From the IMG/VR virus record IMGVR_UViG_3300021185_001469, positions 1 through 48,204 of that record: a DNA stretch of 48,204 nucleotides; one strand, written 5' to 3'. This stretch comes from a virus (taxonomy: Duplodnaviria; Caudoviricetes). The translations under genes were made by a program, and so were the position numbers. Below, in pieces: positions 7,585 to 16,704 of this stretch; position 1 is the stretch's first letter, and each line of letters starts with the position of its first letter. A model generated the notes under the pieces. That model made no database searches. It saw nothing but the letters and a program-made list of their open reading frames with translations, and was not told the DNA's origin.

Positions 7585-9180
7585 ATGGCGTTTGGTATCG
7601 GTGCGTTTTCAGATCATGCCTTTGGGGATGATGGCGCAACAAAATTTCAGATTTCAAACGTCAACATCACAACGGGAAGCCCGACTGTTCCTGATGCTGA
7701 TTTCACAGAAAATAATGTTTTCTCGACAGCAAATATAGATCTTGGGCAACCATCCGTTGCTTCTACTTCTTTCAATCAGGGCCAGACACTTACAACGAGC
7801 GCGTTAGAGGCACAGAACCCAGTTCTTGGGTCTGCTACCATGTCAGAGGAAGAAACCTTTACCACTGGCGAGCTTACAGGCGCGGCCCCGATCCTTGATA
7901 CTGCTTCTATTGTTCAAGATCACGATCTTCAACCTCAAACCCTTACGAGCGCGGCTCCTGTTCTTGACAATGGGCCAATGTCTGAGGATGAAACATTTGC
8001 CACCTCTGATTTAAGCTCGGGTGTTCCGACACTGGGAAATCCGATTATGGTTCGAGCCATCGGGATGCCCACGCAAGATTTAGATACGGGCGCTCCTGTT
8101 TTAGGCGAACCAACATTTGGACAAACTCACAATATCGTTCAAGGTGAACTTCTGTCTGGGGTTCCCAATGTTTCTGATGCTTCAATGTTTGAAGATGAAA
8201 ACTTTACAACGATTGAGCTAATAACAGACAGACCTCAAATCCCGCTTATTTTACTTGTTGAAAATCATGGCTTCACAACGCCAGATTTAGAAGCTGGATC
8301 TCCAAGCGTTCCCGCATTGCAGCTTGTAGAGGAAGAAACCTTTACGGCTGGAAATCTTGAAACTGGCGCGGCCTCTGTTCCTTCGACTGCGATAGATCAA
8401 GAGCATATCTTTACAACGTCAAATCTTGACACTGGTGCGCCAGATGTTCCCGCGCATGGAATATCCGAAGATGAAACCTTTACGACTTCAAACCTTATCA
8501 CCCCAGCCGTAGAGATATTTGGAAGCACAATTGTTCAAGGCCATAATTTTGCGCCTTTGAATATCGAAGCAACGCCAGAAGTTCCCGATATTTCAATGTC
8601 CGAAGATGAAACCTTCTCGGCAAACTCAATAAGTTCTGGAAGCCCAGATTTAGAAACAGCTTCAATCAATCAAGAGCATCAGTTGGTTCCAGATGGTTTA
8701 GATGGCGCTTCTCCAGTATTAGATAGCGCGACAATCTTACAAATTCACTCTATTGTTCCAAATAGTTTGAGTGGAAATGCACCAGTATTAGGAACTGCAA
8801 CCGCAGATATAACAAACACATTTGCTCCACCAGATTTCTCTGGATCAGCGCCAATAATTGACGCCGCAAATATGTCAGAAGAAGAAACCTTTACAACAGG
8901 AGAGTTGATTTCTGGACAGCCAGATTTAGGTTCTGCGCCAGTTGTTCAAGATCAAGCATTGATCGCGGATGGGGTTTTGTCTGGATCTCCTGATATTGCT
9001 CAATGTCCATTTACGGAAAATAATGTTCTGGTGGCAAACCTGATCACCACTGGAAGCCCAACCATACCGACTTTGATCTATGATGCGGCTCTTGGAAGGA
9101 TTATAGACATTGATCAAGACAGCGCCAGCCGCGCTGAGTTATCTGTCACAGGCCCGAACAAAGTTGAAATCGCGGCATAA
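7585..9180 (+). CDS. Acidic structural protein with about 21 tandem 23-aa repeats
   Basis: Repeat unit like SEEETFTTGELxxGxPxLxxAxx; N-terminus MAFG..AFS..AF typical of marine phage virion proteins. Confidence 0.75.
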   Translation: MAFGIGAFSDHAFGDDGATKFQISNVNITTGSPTVPDADFTENNVFSTANIDLGQPSVASTSFNQGQTLTTSALEAQNPVLGSATMSEEETFTTGELTGAAPILDTASIVQDHDLQPQTLTSAAPVLDNGPMSEDETFATSDLSSGVPTLGNPIMVRAIGMPTQDLDTGAPVLGEPTFGQTHNIVQGELLSGVPNVSDASMFEDENFTTIELITDRPQIPLILLVENHGFTTPDLEAGSPSVPALQLVEEETFTAGNLETGAASVPSTAIDQEHIFTTSNLDTGAPDVPAHGISEDETFTTSNLITPAVEIFGSTIVQGHNFAPLNIEATPEVPDISMSEDETFSANSISSGSPDLETASINQEHQLVPDGLDGASPVLDSATILQIHSIVPNSLSGNAPVLGTATADITNTFAPPDFSGSAPIIDAANMSEEETFTTGELISGQPDLGSAPVVQDQALIADGVLSGSPDIAQCPFTENNVLVANLITTGSPTIPTLIYDAALGRIIDIDQDSASRAELSVTGPNKVEIAA

Positions 9181-9198
9181 TTTAGGTAGGGTGCAAAC

Positions 9199-9522
9199 AT
9201 GGCCTTTTACATTAAACAGAACGATACATCCCCAGCATTGCAAGCAACGCTCAAGGATAGCAACGATACCGCGATTGATCTTAGCAATTCGTCGGTTCAA
9301 TTTCATATGCGAAAAATTGGTTCCACGACTGCAAAAATTGATCGAGCCGCTACCATATCAAATGCAGATAATGGCATCGTTTATTATAGTTGGCAGTCGG
9401 GCGATACTGATACGATAGGATCTTTTGAGGCTGAGTTTCAAGTAACCTTTGCGGGAGGCGAAATAGAAACCTTCCCGAATAATAGATACATTCAAATAGA
9501 GATTACTAATGAAATCTCTTGA
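9199..9522 (+). CDS. BppU N-terminal-like (Ig-fold) structural protein
   Basis: FYIKQNDTSP.L...G.V.Y.W..GDTD..G.FEAEF.VTF..G..ETFP. Confidence 0.7.
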   Translation: MAFYIKQNDTSPALQATLKDSNDTAIDLSNSSVQFHMRKIGSTTAKIDRAATISNADNGIVYYSWQSGDTDTIGSFEAEFQVTFAGGEIETFPNNRYIQIEITNEIS

Positions 9523-9529
9523 TGGTAAA

Positions 9530-9796
9530 ATGAGTGCGAGTGTTGATGGTTTGACTAAAGCAGAGCTTTTGCTTCTGATAAATGAAGCTGCGGAACATGG
9601 TGCGAAAAAGGCTTTGCGAGAGGTTGGATTGCAAGATGAAAACGCAATACATGATATTAAAGAACTTCGGAACTTACTTGATAGTTGGCGGGATACAAGG
9701 CGTTCAATAGCGTCTACGGTGATAAAAATAATTACCGTAGCAGTTTTAGGGTTCATTGCAGTAGCAGTTTGGACTGAATTTAAAGGCAAGCTGTAA
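9530..9796 (+). CDS. DUF6127-like membrane protein
   Basis: AAE.GAK.AL..VGL.DE.A..DI.ELR.LLDSWR plus a C-terminal TM helix. Confidence 0.7.
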   Translation: MSASVDGLTKAELLLLINEAAEHGAKKALREVGLQDENAIHDIKELRNLLDSWRDTRRSIASTVIKIITVAVLGFIAVAVWTEFKGKL

Positions 9797-9830
9797 CGCT
9801 TAGAAGGGCTTTCGGCTTCGGTGCAAGCTG

Positions 9831-10004
9831 ATGCTTTGTGGTTTAACTTATGTTTTCTTTGGTATGTATCCCTTTGGGGTTATGTATAAGGCGTGTGAAT
9901 ATAGATGCCCGCCCCCAAGCTTTTACTATCACTATCCCAAAAAAATAAAAACAATCCCAGAAGCGCGTTGCCCGAAATTTATTATTGTGGGGCGTGATAC
10001 ATGA
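9831..10004 (+). CDS. Small Cys-containing hypothetical protein (57 aa, not in ORF track)
   Basis: MLCGLTYV...KACEYRCPP...RCPKFIIVGRDT; fills the gap; ATGA overlap with the next gene. Confidence 0.6.
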   Translation: MLCGLTYVFFGMYPFGVMYKACEYRCPPPSFYYHYPKKIKTIPEARCPKFIIVGRDT

Positions 10005-10444
10005 TTGATCCATTTACGGCGCTTGCGGCTGTAAAATCTGCCGTGGCAGCGGGCAAAGAATTGGTCAATGTGACCAAGCAAATCGGAGAGTTCTTTGACG
10101 GTGTGGATGATCTACGCGCCGCCCATGAGAAAAAGAAAAACAGTTTGTTTTCTGGCTCGGATGAGAATGCGATGGAAACCTTTGTAAATTTACAGAGGGC
10201 CAAAGACGCCGAGGAGGAGCTAAGACAGATCGTGATTGCGACCAGAGGTTTTAGCGCATGGGGCGAGTTGCAAGCTATACGGGTGCAAGCGAGGAAGGAT
10301 CGTAAGGCAAAAGCGGAAGCGGAGAGAAAACGAAAGGCAAAGATGGTTGAGCGCATTGTTATCTATGGTGGCGCTGTAATTATTGTTTCAATCATGCTTG
10401 GAATAACCATCGTCATAATCTTAGCCAAGCAGGGGCGGCTGTAA
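10001..10444 (+). CDS. Hypothetical protein with C-terminal TM helix
   Basis: Coupled ORF in the lysis region; hydrophobic C-terminus. Confidence 0.8.
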   Translation: MIDPFTALAAVKSAVAAGKELVNVTKQIGEFFDGVDDLRAAHEKKKNSLFSGSDENAMETFVNLQRAKDAEEELRQIVIATRGFSAWGELQAIRVQARKDRKAKAEAERKRKAKMVERIVIYGGAVIIVSIMLGITIVIILAKQGRL

Positions 10445-10698
10445 TGGCAGATGGTTTGAGCGGAATAGGCTCCATGCCATTCAATATTGGATCACATATC
10501 CATGAGCAAACAAGGGCGCGTCAGGCTATCGAAACACATTTTGCAGAGCAGAGGGTGGAAAAAGAACATAGGGCCAACCACAGCCACTTAGAGGCGCTTG
10601 CAAAGCAAACATTGGACTTGCAGCAAAGTTATGATAGATTTGGGCGAAAGACTACAGCGGATAGACCGCAGGGAACTAAGCTAAACATAGAGGTTTGA
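10444..10698 (+). CDS. Hypothetical protein
   Basis: TAATG coupling to the previous gene. Confidence 0.7.
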   Translation: MADGLSGIGSMPFNIGSHIHEQTRARQAIETHFAEQRVEKEHRANHSHLEALAKQTLDLQQSYDRFGRKTTADRPQGTKLNIEV

Positions 10699-10699
10699 C

Positions 10700-10900
10700 A
10701 TGGCAAACACGTTTGAAAAGATCCTTCAATATCGCCTGATGCCCCGCATTATGATGTTCGTCATGATGGTAATGTATATCAAGGTAATAAATTGGGGCAT
10801 GAGCGTTGACGAATTATCAACGCAGCAATCCGCAATGATCTCAGTTGTCAGTGGGGCCATGACGGGAACGATAGCCGTTTGGTTGAGTTCTGAAAAGTGA
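10700..10900 (+). CDS. Small 2-TM membrane protein (holin-like)
   Basis: Two hydrophobic segments; GAGG RBS; lysis context. Confidence 0.6.
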   Translation: MANTFEKILQYRLMPRIMMFVMMVMYIKVINWGMSVDELSTQQSAMISVVSGAMTGTIAVWLSSEK

Positions 10901-10985
10901 GCCAGATATTCTTACAGTCTTTTTTGGGAACAATTACATGCGCGTTGATCTTTGTTCTCGTAATTGAATGGATGAAGGGTGATCA

Positions 10986-11369
10986 ATGATACAAGCATTT
11001 ATAGGCCCAATCGCTAACCTCGCGGGTAGCTGGTTGCAGGGCAAAGCGGATAAAACCGCAGCGGAAGCAAAGTTAAAGCTTACCGAGGCAGAAACAAAAT
11101 CTAAAATTCTTCTCAGCGAAAAGACGAGCGTTGCGGATTGGGAGCGCATAATGGCGCAGGGAACCCAAAATTCATGGAAAGACGAATATCTCGTTTTACT
11201 GTTTTCTTTGCCTCTGATTTTATGTTTCACTGGAGAGTGGGGGCGCAGCGCTGTGGCTGATGGTTTCGCTGCATTGGAGAAAATGCCCGAGTGGTATCAA
11301 TACACTTTGGGCGTGATCGTAGCTAGTAGCTTCGCCGTGCGCTCCGCAACGAAGTTTTTTAGGAAATAA
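10986..11369 (+). CDS. Putative holin
   Basis: SWKDE..TM..PEWYQY..TM with basic C-terminus; upstream of the endolysin. Confidence 0.65.
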   Translation: MIQAFIGPIANLAGSWLQGKADKTAAEAKLKLTEAETKSKILLSEKTSVADWERIMAQGTQNSWKDEYLVLLFSLPLILCFTGEWGRSAVADGFAALEKMPEWYQYTLGVIVASSFAVRSATKFFRK

Positions 11370-11371
11370 AA

Positions 11372-11641
11372 ATGGCAGATGTAAAGGTTCCCTTGGCGCT
11401 TGTCGCTGCAATGGTCGCTCAAGTTATCGCTGGAACTTGGTATTTCGCAGAGCAATCCCACAAGATTGACGTTCTGGTTGAGAAATTAGCTATTCTGGAT
11501 GAGGTCGTTCTTACACTTGAGGCTGACAATCAGGCGCTCATAACCTTTGCAACGTTCACAGAGAACAAGTGGGCAGAGGCTTACAGCGAAGATTTGACTT
11601 ATGTTAGAACATTTGGAACGAAGCCCGCACAGGAGAACTAA
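11372..11641 (+). CDS. Membrane-anchored coiled-coil protein (possible spanin-like lysis accessory)
   Basis: N-terminal TM followed by heptad-like region, between holin and endolysin. Confidence 0.5.
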   Translation: MADVKVPLALVAAMVAQVIAGTWYFAEQSHKIDVLVEKLAILDEVVLTLEADNQALITFATFTENKWAEAYSEDLTYVRTFGTKPAQEN

Positions 11642-11642
11642 A

Positions 11643-12257
11643 ATGACCTTAGCCATGCAAAAGCTGCAAGAGCGCATAGGCGCGTCCACAGATGGATCTT
11701 TTGGCCCCAACACAGCAAGAGCCATCACAAAGCACTTTAGCCTATCAGCGGAGCGCTCAGCGCATCTACTGGGTCAAGCCTCTCATGAGAGTGGTGGATT
11801 TACTCGCGTTTGCGAAAGCCTTTACTATAGCTCGCCCGATAGGATCAAAAAGGTTTGGCCTACTCGCTTCAAGACTGTTTCTGATGCAGAGCCATACGCG
11901 AGAAACCCAAAGGCGCTGGCCGATAAGGTTTACAGTAACAGAATGGGAAATGGTGAAAACGAGGGTAGTGTTTTCATTGGTCGCGGATTTTTGCAGCTTA
12001 CGGGCAAAGATAACTATCGTTCATTCGCTTCTGACATGAGGCTTCCAGAGGTCATGACAGATCCGTCTTTGATTGAAACCGACTATGCGTTCGAAACCGC
12101 TTATTGGTTCTTTGAGAAAAATAATCTTTTTAAAATTGCGGATGGTGGGGTTGATATTGATACGATAGAAAAAATTACAAAGCGCGTGAATGGCGGCTAT
12201 CATGGCCTCCAAGACAGAATTGATCAAACTCAAAAGGTTTATAACTGGCTCACATGA
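11643..12257 (+). CDS. Endolysin, glycoside hydrolase family 19 with N-terminal peptidoglycan-binding motif
   Basis: DGSFGPNT; HESGGF; YSNRMGNG; GRGFLQLTGKDNY; ITKRVNGG..GL.DR. Confidence 0.93.
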   Translation: MTLAMQKLQERIGASTDGSFGPNTARAITKHFSLSAERSAHLLGQASHESGGFTRVCESLYYSSPDRIKKVWPTRFKTVSDAEPYARNPKALADKVYSNRMGNGENEGSVFIGRGFLQLTGKDNYRSFASDMRLPEVMTDPSLIETDYAFETAYWFFEKNNLFKIADGGVDIDTIEKITKRVNGGYHGLQDRIDQTQKVYNWLT

Positions 12258-12490
12258 AAACATCACTTGGTAACGAGGGGAAGCTGTCCCAAGGCCAGAT
12301 AACAAGGCTTGGCGGTTTGATTGCTTTGGTTTGTGGTCGCACACCTTACGATCATATCTTGCAAGATTTGATTGAAAACGAATTGATTGATGTAGTGATA
12401 AGCGAGAAGGGCCAAAGGGAACTAACTAGACTGACATCTATGGCGGGGCTGCGCCAAGAGCAATATGCCGAAGCCCTTTCTCAGACTTGA
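12254..12490 (+). CDS. Hypothetical protein
   Basis: ATGA overlap with the endolysin. Confidence 0.6.
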   Translation: MKTSLGNEGKLSQGQITRLGGLIALVCGRTPYDHILQDLIENELIDVVISEKGQRELTRLTSMAGLRQEQYAEALSQT

Positions 12491-12578
12491 ACCTTTGAAA
12501 TTTGTATGTAATTTTATATGTCGGGGCTGGCACATAGGAAACCCTGTGACGGAGTGTGATGTTCTTGCTGGCCCCACG

Positions 12579-12613
12579 AAAAAACCCCCCCAGATCTCTC
12601 TGAGGGGGCTTTT
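12579..12613. terminator. Probable bidirectional intrinsic terminator
   Basis: A-run, CCCCC-CAG / CTG-GGGGG stem, T-run between convergent units. Confidence 0.65.
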
Positions 12614-12739
12614 GATAACTAGCTGAACAAGGTGACCAAACCCTAATTTTAAAAGGAAATTACAATATATAGCAGCCTTGGAGTGACCAAACCCCTCGGT
12701 TGAAATAATCATGGATTATTTTGCTTTAAATGGCAATAC

Positions 12740-12778
12740 AAAAAAACCCCGCCACTAGATTGGGTCAAGTGACGGGGG
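12740..12778 (-). terminator. Intrinsic terminator of the leftward early operon
   Basis: Minus strand CCCCGTCACT..AGTGGCGGGG followed by a T-run. Confidence 0.7.
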
Positions 12779-12803
12779 AGAGGGGAACCATCAAACCCCT
12801 CAT

Positions 12804-13112
12804 CTACGCCGCATGGGAGGACGCGGCGTTCTGTTCTAGTTTCCGCTTCCTTCGATATTGATTAACAATATTACGGCTACAATCTAATATTGCCACAATT
12901 TCATCTGTGGTCATATCTTTATCTAAAAGCTTGTTGATTTTTGTTTTATATCCATCTGGCCTCCCTCGCCGCCCTCCGTGCTTTTGCTTTGCAATAAAAT
13001 CTTGGCTCTTGCCCCAAGATGGATTGTCTCCCAAAGACCCTTTGGCCTTGACGTATTTCATATCTGACTTTGCCATCTCTTTCATTTTGGCGGCGATCAG
13101 GTTTTCATCCAT
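12804..13112 (-). CDS. Hypothetical protein with C-terminal HTH
   Basis: MTTDEIVAILDCSRNIVNQY HTH-like segment. Confidence 0.65.
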   Translation of the reverse strand: MDENLIAAKMKEMAKSDMKYVKAKGSLGDNPSWGKSQDFIAKQKHGGRRGRPDGYKTKINKLLDKDMTTDEIVAILDCSRNIVNQYRRKRKLEQNAASSHAA

Positions 13113-13293
13113 AAATATTTTTCCCTTCTTTCTGTAGCGATAAAGTAAAAGATTTTAGCTCGCGCCTTGCCCGATCCAAGTCTTGCTTGACGTTTGGATG
13201 AGGATCTAATCGAAAGCTTTCATCTTGTAGACGATCTACTTGACGATTTAGAAAATCCAAATGTGCGCGATCCGCTGGTGTAAGATCCTTCAT
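13105..13293 (-). CDS. Hypothetical protein
   Basis: GGGGG RBS before MKDL; overlaps the next gene. Confidence 0.6.
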   Translation of the reverse strand: MKDLTPADRAHLDFLNRQVDRLQDESFRLDPHPNVKQDLDRARRELKSFTLSLQKEGKNIYG

Positions 13294-13489
13294 AATATCC
13301 CCCCTTCTGACTAAGATCAAAATTTATTTTGTGTTCATGGCAAAATCTTACAAGCGCCTTCGCCTCCCAATCAAGTATCTTTGCCGCTTGTGCGTAAGTG
13401 TAATTTTCTGAAAGAGATTGCACCAGTTGGATTTTCTCCCGCTTGTGCCTTGCCTTGATTTCGGGCCAAGTTTCCAACGCACTCATCAC
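13220..13489 (-). CDS. Hypothetical HTH-like protein
   Basis: TYAQAAKILDW HTH-like; coupled to the hydrolase gene. Confidence 0.55.
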   Translation of the reverse strand: MMSALETWPEIKARHKREKIQLVQSLSENYTYAQAAKILDWEAKALVRFCHEHKINFDLSQKGGYYEGSYTSGSRTFGFSKSSSRSSTR

Positions 13490-13890
13490 GCTAACAATTC
13501 CTTATCAGTGTAAAAAATATGAGTTCCAACTTTTCCCAGCATATCGAGCTTGTGACGCCATACGGGCCGCGCATAATCAGCGTGATAGTATAGCGCCCCA
13601 TGACCAAGCAAATTCCCGTCAAGAGCCTGTGCGGCGCTCTCTTGCGCTCTCTGCCATGCCTCTTTGTGCTTTGGTCTCTCTGGCTTCCCGTCACAATAGA
13701 ATGAAAACTGGCAATCATGAGCCTTCGGCCCCTTATCTTGCTTCACAACAGCGCAAACATTATCGGGCCATCTTTTATCCTCAACGCGGTTAAGGATGAC
13801 TTCCGCGACAGCTAGGCCAGCATCAGGGTGGGTTTCATTGCGGGTTTCATAATAAATCGCCATTGCGAGGCAAGTTGCTGCGGTTATCAT
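13486..13890 (-). CDS. Cell wall hydrolase, SleB/Hydrolase_2 family
   Basis: CLA.AIYYE.R.E, AVA.VILNRV, CQFSFYCDG, YYHADY..P.W, G.HIFY. Confidence 0.92.
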   Translation of the reverse strand: MITAATCLAMAIYYETRNETHPDAGLAVAEVILNRVEDKRWPDNVCAVVKQDKGPKAHDCQFSFYCDGKPERPKHKEAWQRAQESAAQALDGNLLGHGALYYHADYARPVWRHKLDMLGKVGTHIFYTDKELLA

Positions 13891-14096
13891 TCGATCACCT
13901 CAACATCTTCCTTCGGGGGTGATTTTTCAAAAACAATAGCGTTCTCTTTTGCAAAAGAAAAAAGTTGCTGCCGCGTTATTCCAAGATCCCTTGCCGCTTC
14001 TGAAAGTGGAAGGCCAGAACTTGCAACGCCTTGTACAAGGGCTATTCGTTCTGCCTTTTGATCTTCAATTAATTTTTTCCAAGTTTTCCGTGCCAT
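13887..14096 (-). CDS. Small HTH DNA-binding protein
   Basis: LSEAARDLGITRQQL; likely start MARKTW at 14096. Confidence 0.7.
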   Translation of the reverse strand: MARKTWKKLIEDQKAERIALVQGVASSGLPLSEAARDLGITRQQLFSFAKENAIVFEKSPPKEDVEVIE

Positions 14097-14098
14097 GA

Positions 14099-14317
14099 TT
14101 ATATTCCTGATGAAGCTTGATCTAATTTTTCCCAGAAGAAATCTTCTCCGAAATCTTCCATTAATTCGCGGGTCAATCGCTCTGAAAGCTTTTGAGCGCG
14201 GGTTCCGTGCCATAGGCGAGGGGTTGGGTCGTTTTCTTCCTCGCAAACTAGAACGTCTATTTCCCAAGAGCGATAGCTGAGATTGACCCAAGTGTGGTTG
14301 ATTGCTGTAGCTGACAT
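14099..14317 (-). CDS. Hypothetical protein
   Basis: GGAGG RBS before MSAT. Confidence 0.65.
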   Translation of the reverse strand: MSATAINHTWVNLSYRSWEIDVLVCEEENDPTPRLWHGTRAQKLSERLTRELMEDFGEDFFWEKLDQASSGI

Positions 14318-14379
14318 TTTTACCTCCAGTTTATTAGGACAGGTAAACGCTGTTTTTGCCACTTACCTGTCCTTGATTT

Positions 14380-14637
14380 TTAAATTTCTGCTATGCGTCC
14401 TTCGAAATCAAAGAATGCAACTTTCATTGGAACATATCCAAGATCACCGATACGGGGATCATCTTTGCGGGCTGCGCCAGTGATCTCAATGGTATATCCA
14501 TCAAAAAGCGGGTGATGAAACTCAGGGTGCATGATGGTCCCCGCCTCAATAATCCGGCCCTCAATGTAACGGTCGGGGCGTCCAGCCATAGGCTCAAAGT
14601 CATAAGCACGAATTTTTGTTCCGATTTCATAAGCCAT
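14380..14637 (-). CDS. Hypothetical protein
   Basis: GGAGG RBS. Confidence 0.75.
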   Translation of the reverse strand: MAYEIGTKIRAYDFEPMAGRPDRYIEGRIIEAGTIMHPEFHHPLFDGYTIEITGAARKDDPRIGDLGYVPMKVAFFDFEGRIAEI

Positions 14638-14658
14638 TTATTTTTCCTCCATTTTAAA

Positions 14659-14907
14659 TTATGATTTGGCTAAGTCTGTTCCAAAGGCCAAGTTGATGCC
14701 GTAGGTCGCAGCATTGTGCGCGTAACGTGCGCGGTGGCCCGCAACGCTGGCTGGATGTTCTTTGGCAAGACTTTGATACCTCAGAGCTTCACCAGAGAAA
14801 AATTCAATGGCCTTTGATCCGTTGCCGCCAAAGTCTTTCATTTTAGCGTTGAACATTCTGCGGGCTTTTTCCCACTTGGTTTCATATCTTGGGTTTAGGC
14901 TTGGCAT
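14659..14907 (-). CDS. Hypothetical protein
   Basis: AGGAGG RBS; downstream of promoter motif. Confidence 0.75.
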   Translation of the reverse strand: MPSLNPRYETKWEKARRMFNAKMKDFGGNGSKAIEFFSGEALRYQSLAKEHPASVAGHRARYAHNAATYGINLAFGTDLAKS

Positions 14908-14939
14908 TTGGTTTCCTCCTTTTTTCTTTGTATAATTAT

Positions 14940-14981
14940 CTTTTACGCTAATAAGAACATGCCGTCAACAACTTATTTACA
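14940..14981 (-). promoter_or_regulatory. Early promoter with conserved operator-like motif (copy 1)
   Basis: Minus strand TGTAAA-N7-TTGACG-N17-TAAAAG. Confidence 0.65.
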
Positions 14982-14992
14982 ACTGTTTAACT

Positions 14993-15244
14993 TTAGTTGC
15001 AAAGGTCATATTCGTTTGTCTCGGTGATTTTGATTACCTTGTAATCTCCACCGTAAGATTTAGAGCGGCGAGCCATGCGGCTGTGTGCCTCTTTCATCGT
15101 AAAGCCAATTACAAAATCCGACACATTATCCAGACGATCAGGACGCCACATCTCAAACTTTACGAAGAACATTTTTTTAGCTTTGAGCTTCGCAACTGTA
15201 CGGGCTTCTTTTGCAATTTCGGCAGCTTCTATAATGGCAGTCAT
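14993..15244 (-). CDS. Hypothetical protein
   Basis: AGGAGG RBS after a UUCG hairpin. Confidence 0.7.
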   Translation of the reverse strand: MTAIIEAAEIAKEARTVAKLKAKKMFFVKFEMWRPDRLDNVSDFVIGFTMKEAHSRMARRSKSYGGDYKVIKITETNEYDLCN

Positions 15245-15283
15245 ATCTTCCTCCTGTTGGTGTGGGGCCGAAGCCCCTTTGAT

Positions 15284-15829
15284 TTATTTTATTGTTGGTC
15301 GAGTAATATAAGTTTGCTTTACGCCCTCATATTCCTTGTGCTCTTTGATGCGAGCAACACATGAAATCTTTTCGCCTTTGCCCCACTTCTTAGAGCCTTT
15401 GTAAATGATCACGTTGTCATCAGCATCCTTGCAGATGTTGATATAAGTATATCCCCACTGCCCCTCTAAGCTCACAACGTGGTTGACTGTCAGATCCCAA
15501 TCTAAGCGCTCTCCAGCCTTGCCTACATATTCGCTTCCAGCATCTCTAGCGGCCCACTCAGCGCGGCGCTTGGCATCATCAGCAATGATCTTACGAACCG
15601 CTAGAGTTTGACCCTCAGTAAGAGCGCCCCACTTTAGAATGGCTTCTTGCATGTCGTGCCAAAAGCCTCTTGTTCTAGCTTCGTAGCACTTGCCATCTAT
15701 GAAATCCCTGATCTCAAGCGCATCATCATTCGCAGCAAGCCAGTTTCTATAACGAGTTGTATTTGCGTTCGCCCGAATGCGGCGCTTGATTGCGGCTTCA
15801 TAACGGTCATGATCTTCGATGTATGGCAT
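15284..15829 (-). CDS. Hypothetical protein, possible C-terminal OB-like fold
   Basis: AGGAGG RBS before MPYIED; C-terminal IKEHKEYEGVKQT.ITR. Confidence 0.75.
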   Translation of the reverse strand: MPYIEDHDRYEAAIKRRIRANANTTRYRNWLAANDDALEIRDFIDGKCYEARTRGFWHDMQEAILKWGALTEGQTLAVRKIIADDAKRRAEWAARDAGSEYVGKAGERLDWDLTVNHVVSLEGQWGYTYINICKDADDNVIIYKGSKKWGKGEKISCVARIKEHKEYEGVKQTYITRPTIK

Positions 15830-15851
15830 TTTTCTTCCTCCTTCAAAATTA

Positions 15852-15893
15852 TATTTAGGGATTTGGATGCCATATGTCAACAATCTACTGACA
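15852..15893 (-). promoter_or_regulatory. Early promoter with conserved motif (copy 2)
   Basis: Minus strand TGTCAG-N7-TTGACA-N17-TAAATA. Confidence 0.65.
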
Positions 15894-15907
15894 AATAATT
15901 GCACAAG

Positions 15908-15935
15908 TTGACAGATAATTTTCTACCGCTATGTT
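15908..15935 (+). promoter_or_regulatory. Sigma70-type promoter for rusA
   Basis: TTGACA-N16-TATGTT. Confidence 0.6.
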
Positions 15936-15959
15936 TTTGAAAACAAAAATGGGATTTCT

Positions 15960-16394
15960 ATGACCATAAAAATATGTGAATTTGTTGTTTCTGGAAACCC
16001 AGTTGGCAAAGGTCGCCCAAGGTTTACGAAAACAGGGCGCGTTTATACCCCAGCAAAAACAAAAGAATACGAAACGAGGGTGCGAAATTCAGCTTGGGCT
16101 GAGATGGCAAAGCAAAGGCTAAAACCATCAGAGCGGCGCATGAGCGTCATCCTGACATCATGCTTTGAAATACCGAAGTCTTACAGCAAAAAACAGGTTC
16201 TTGAGTGTCAGGCGGGCGTTCAAATCCCCAAGCGGGTCGATGTCGATAATCTTATCAAGTCGATTTTAGATGGCTGCAATGGAATTGTCTGGCACGACGA
16301 TCATCAGGTTTGGCACGTTTCAGCGTTCAAGCGATATGTTGATGTCGATCAGGAACCGCACACCAGAGTTAAAATCCAGTGGGATCAGGGGTAG
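15960..16394 (+). CDS. rusA: RusA family Holliday junction resolvase
   Basis: GKGRPRF, YTP.KT..YE, DVDNL.K.ILD..NG..W.DD.QV. Confidence 0.92.
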   Translation: MTIKICEFVVSGNPVGKGRPRFTKTGRVYTPAKTKEYETRVRNSAWAEMAKQRLKPSERRMSVILTSCFEIPKSYSKKQVLECQAGVQIPKRVDVDNLIKSILDGCNGIVWHDDHQVWHVSAFKRYVDVDQEPHTRVKIQWDQG

Positions 16395-16704
16395 AGTAAG
16401 ACCAATCGGGGCCATAGGTTTCACGCCAAAGCTTTGGCTCCCTGTGCAGCGCTATTTTGCTTGTATCAAACATTCCTTGATGGTGGCCCTCGCAAAGTGG
16501 AATTGACCTTGTATCCGCAACTTTATGAGTTCCAAACCTGTCATGAATTGGGTGGTGAGCTTGGGTTGGGCTTTGCTGCACTTCCCCGAAACGCTCACAG
16601 ACGCAACATTTTTGCTCCCTGATCCACATCAAAAAACCAATGTCTTTTTTAATCTTTGGCTTCTTCAAACCCATCGGGGGCTTGTTCATTAGGTTTGGCA
16701 TCAT
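16369..16704 (-). CDS. DUF968/Ref-like HNH-type zinc nuclease
   Basis: WIR..KCCVC...AHH...IPLC..HH...LH. Confidence 0.7.
   Translation of the reverse strand: MMPNLMNKPPMGLKKPKIKKDIGFLMWIREQKCCVCERFGEVQQSPTQAHHPIHDRFGTHKVADTRSIPLCEGHHQGMFDTSKIALHREPKLWRETYGPDWSYSTPDPTGF

Noticed and set aside
14963-14981. CtrA box
   Set aside because: N7 spacing is similar, but the half-sites are GTCAA/TTTAC rather than TTAA-N7-TTAA.
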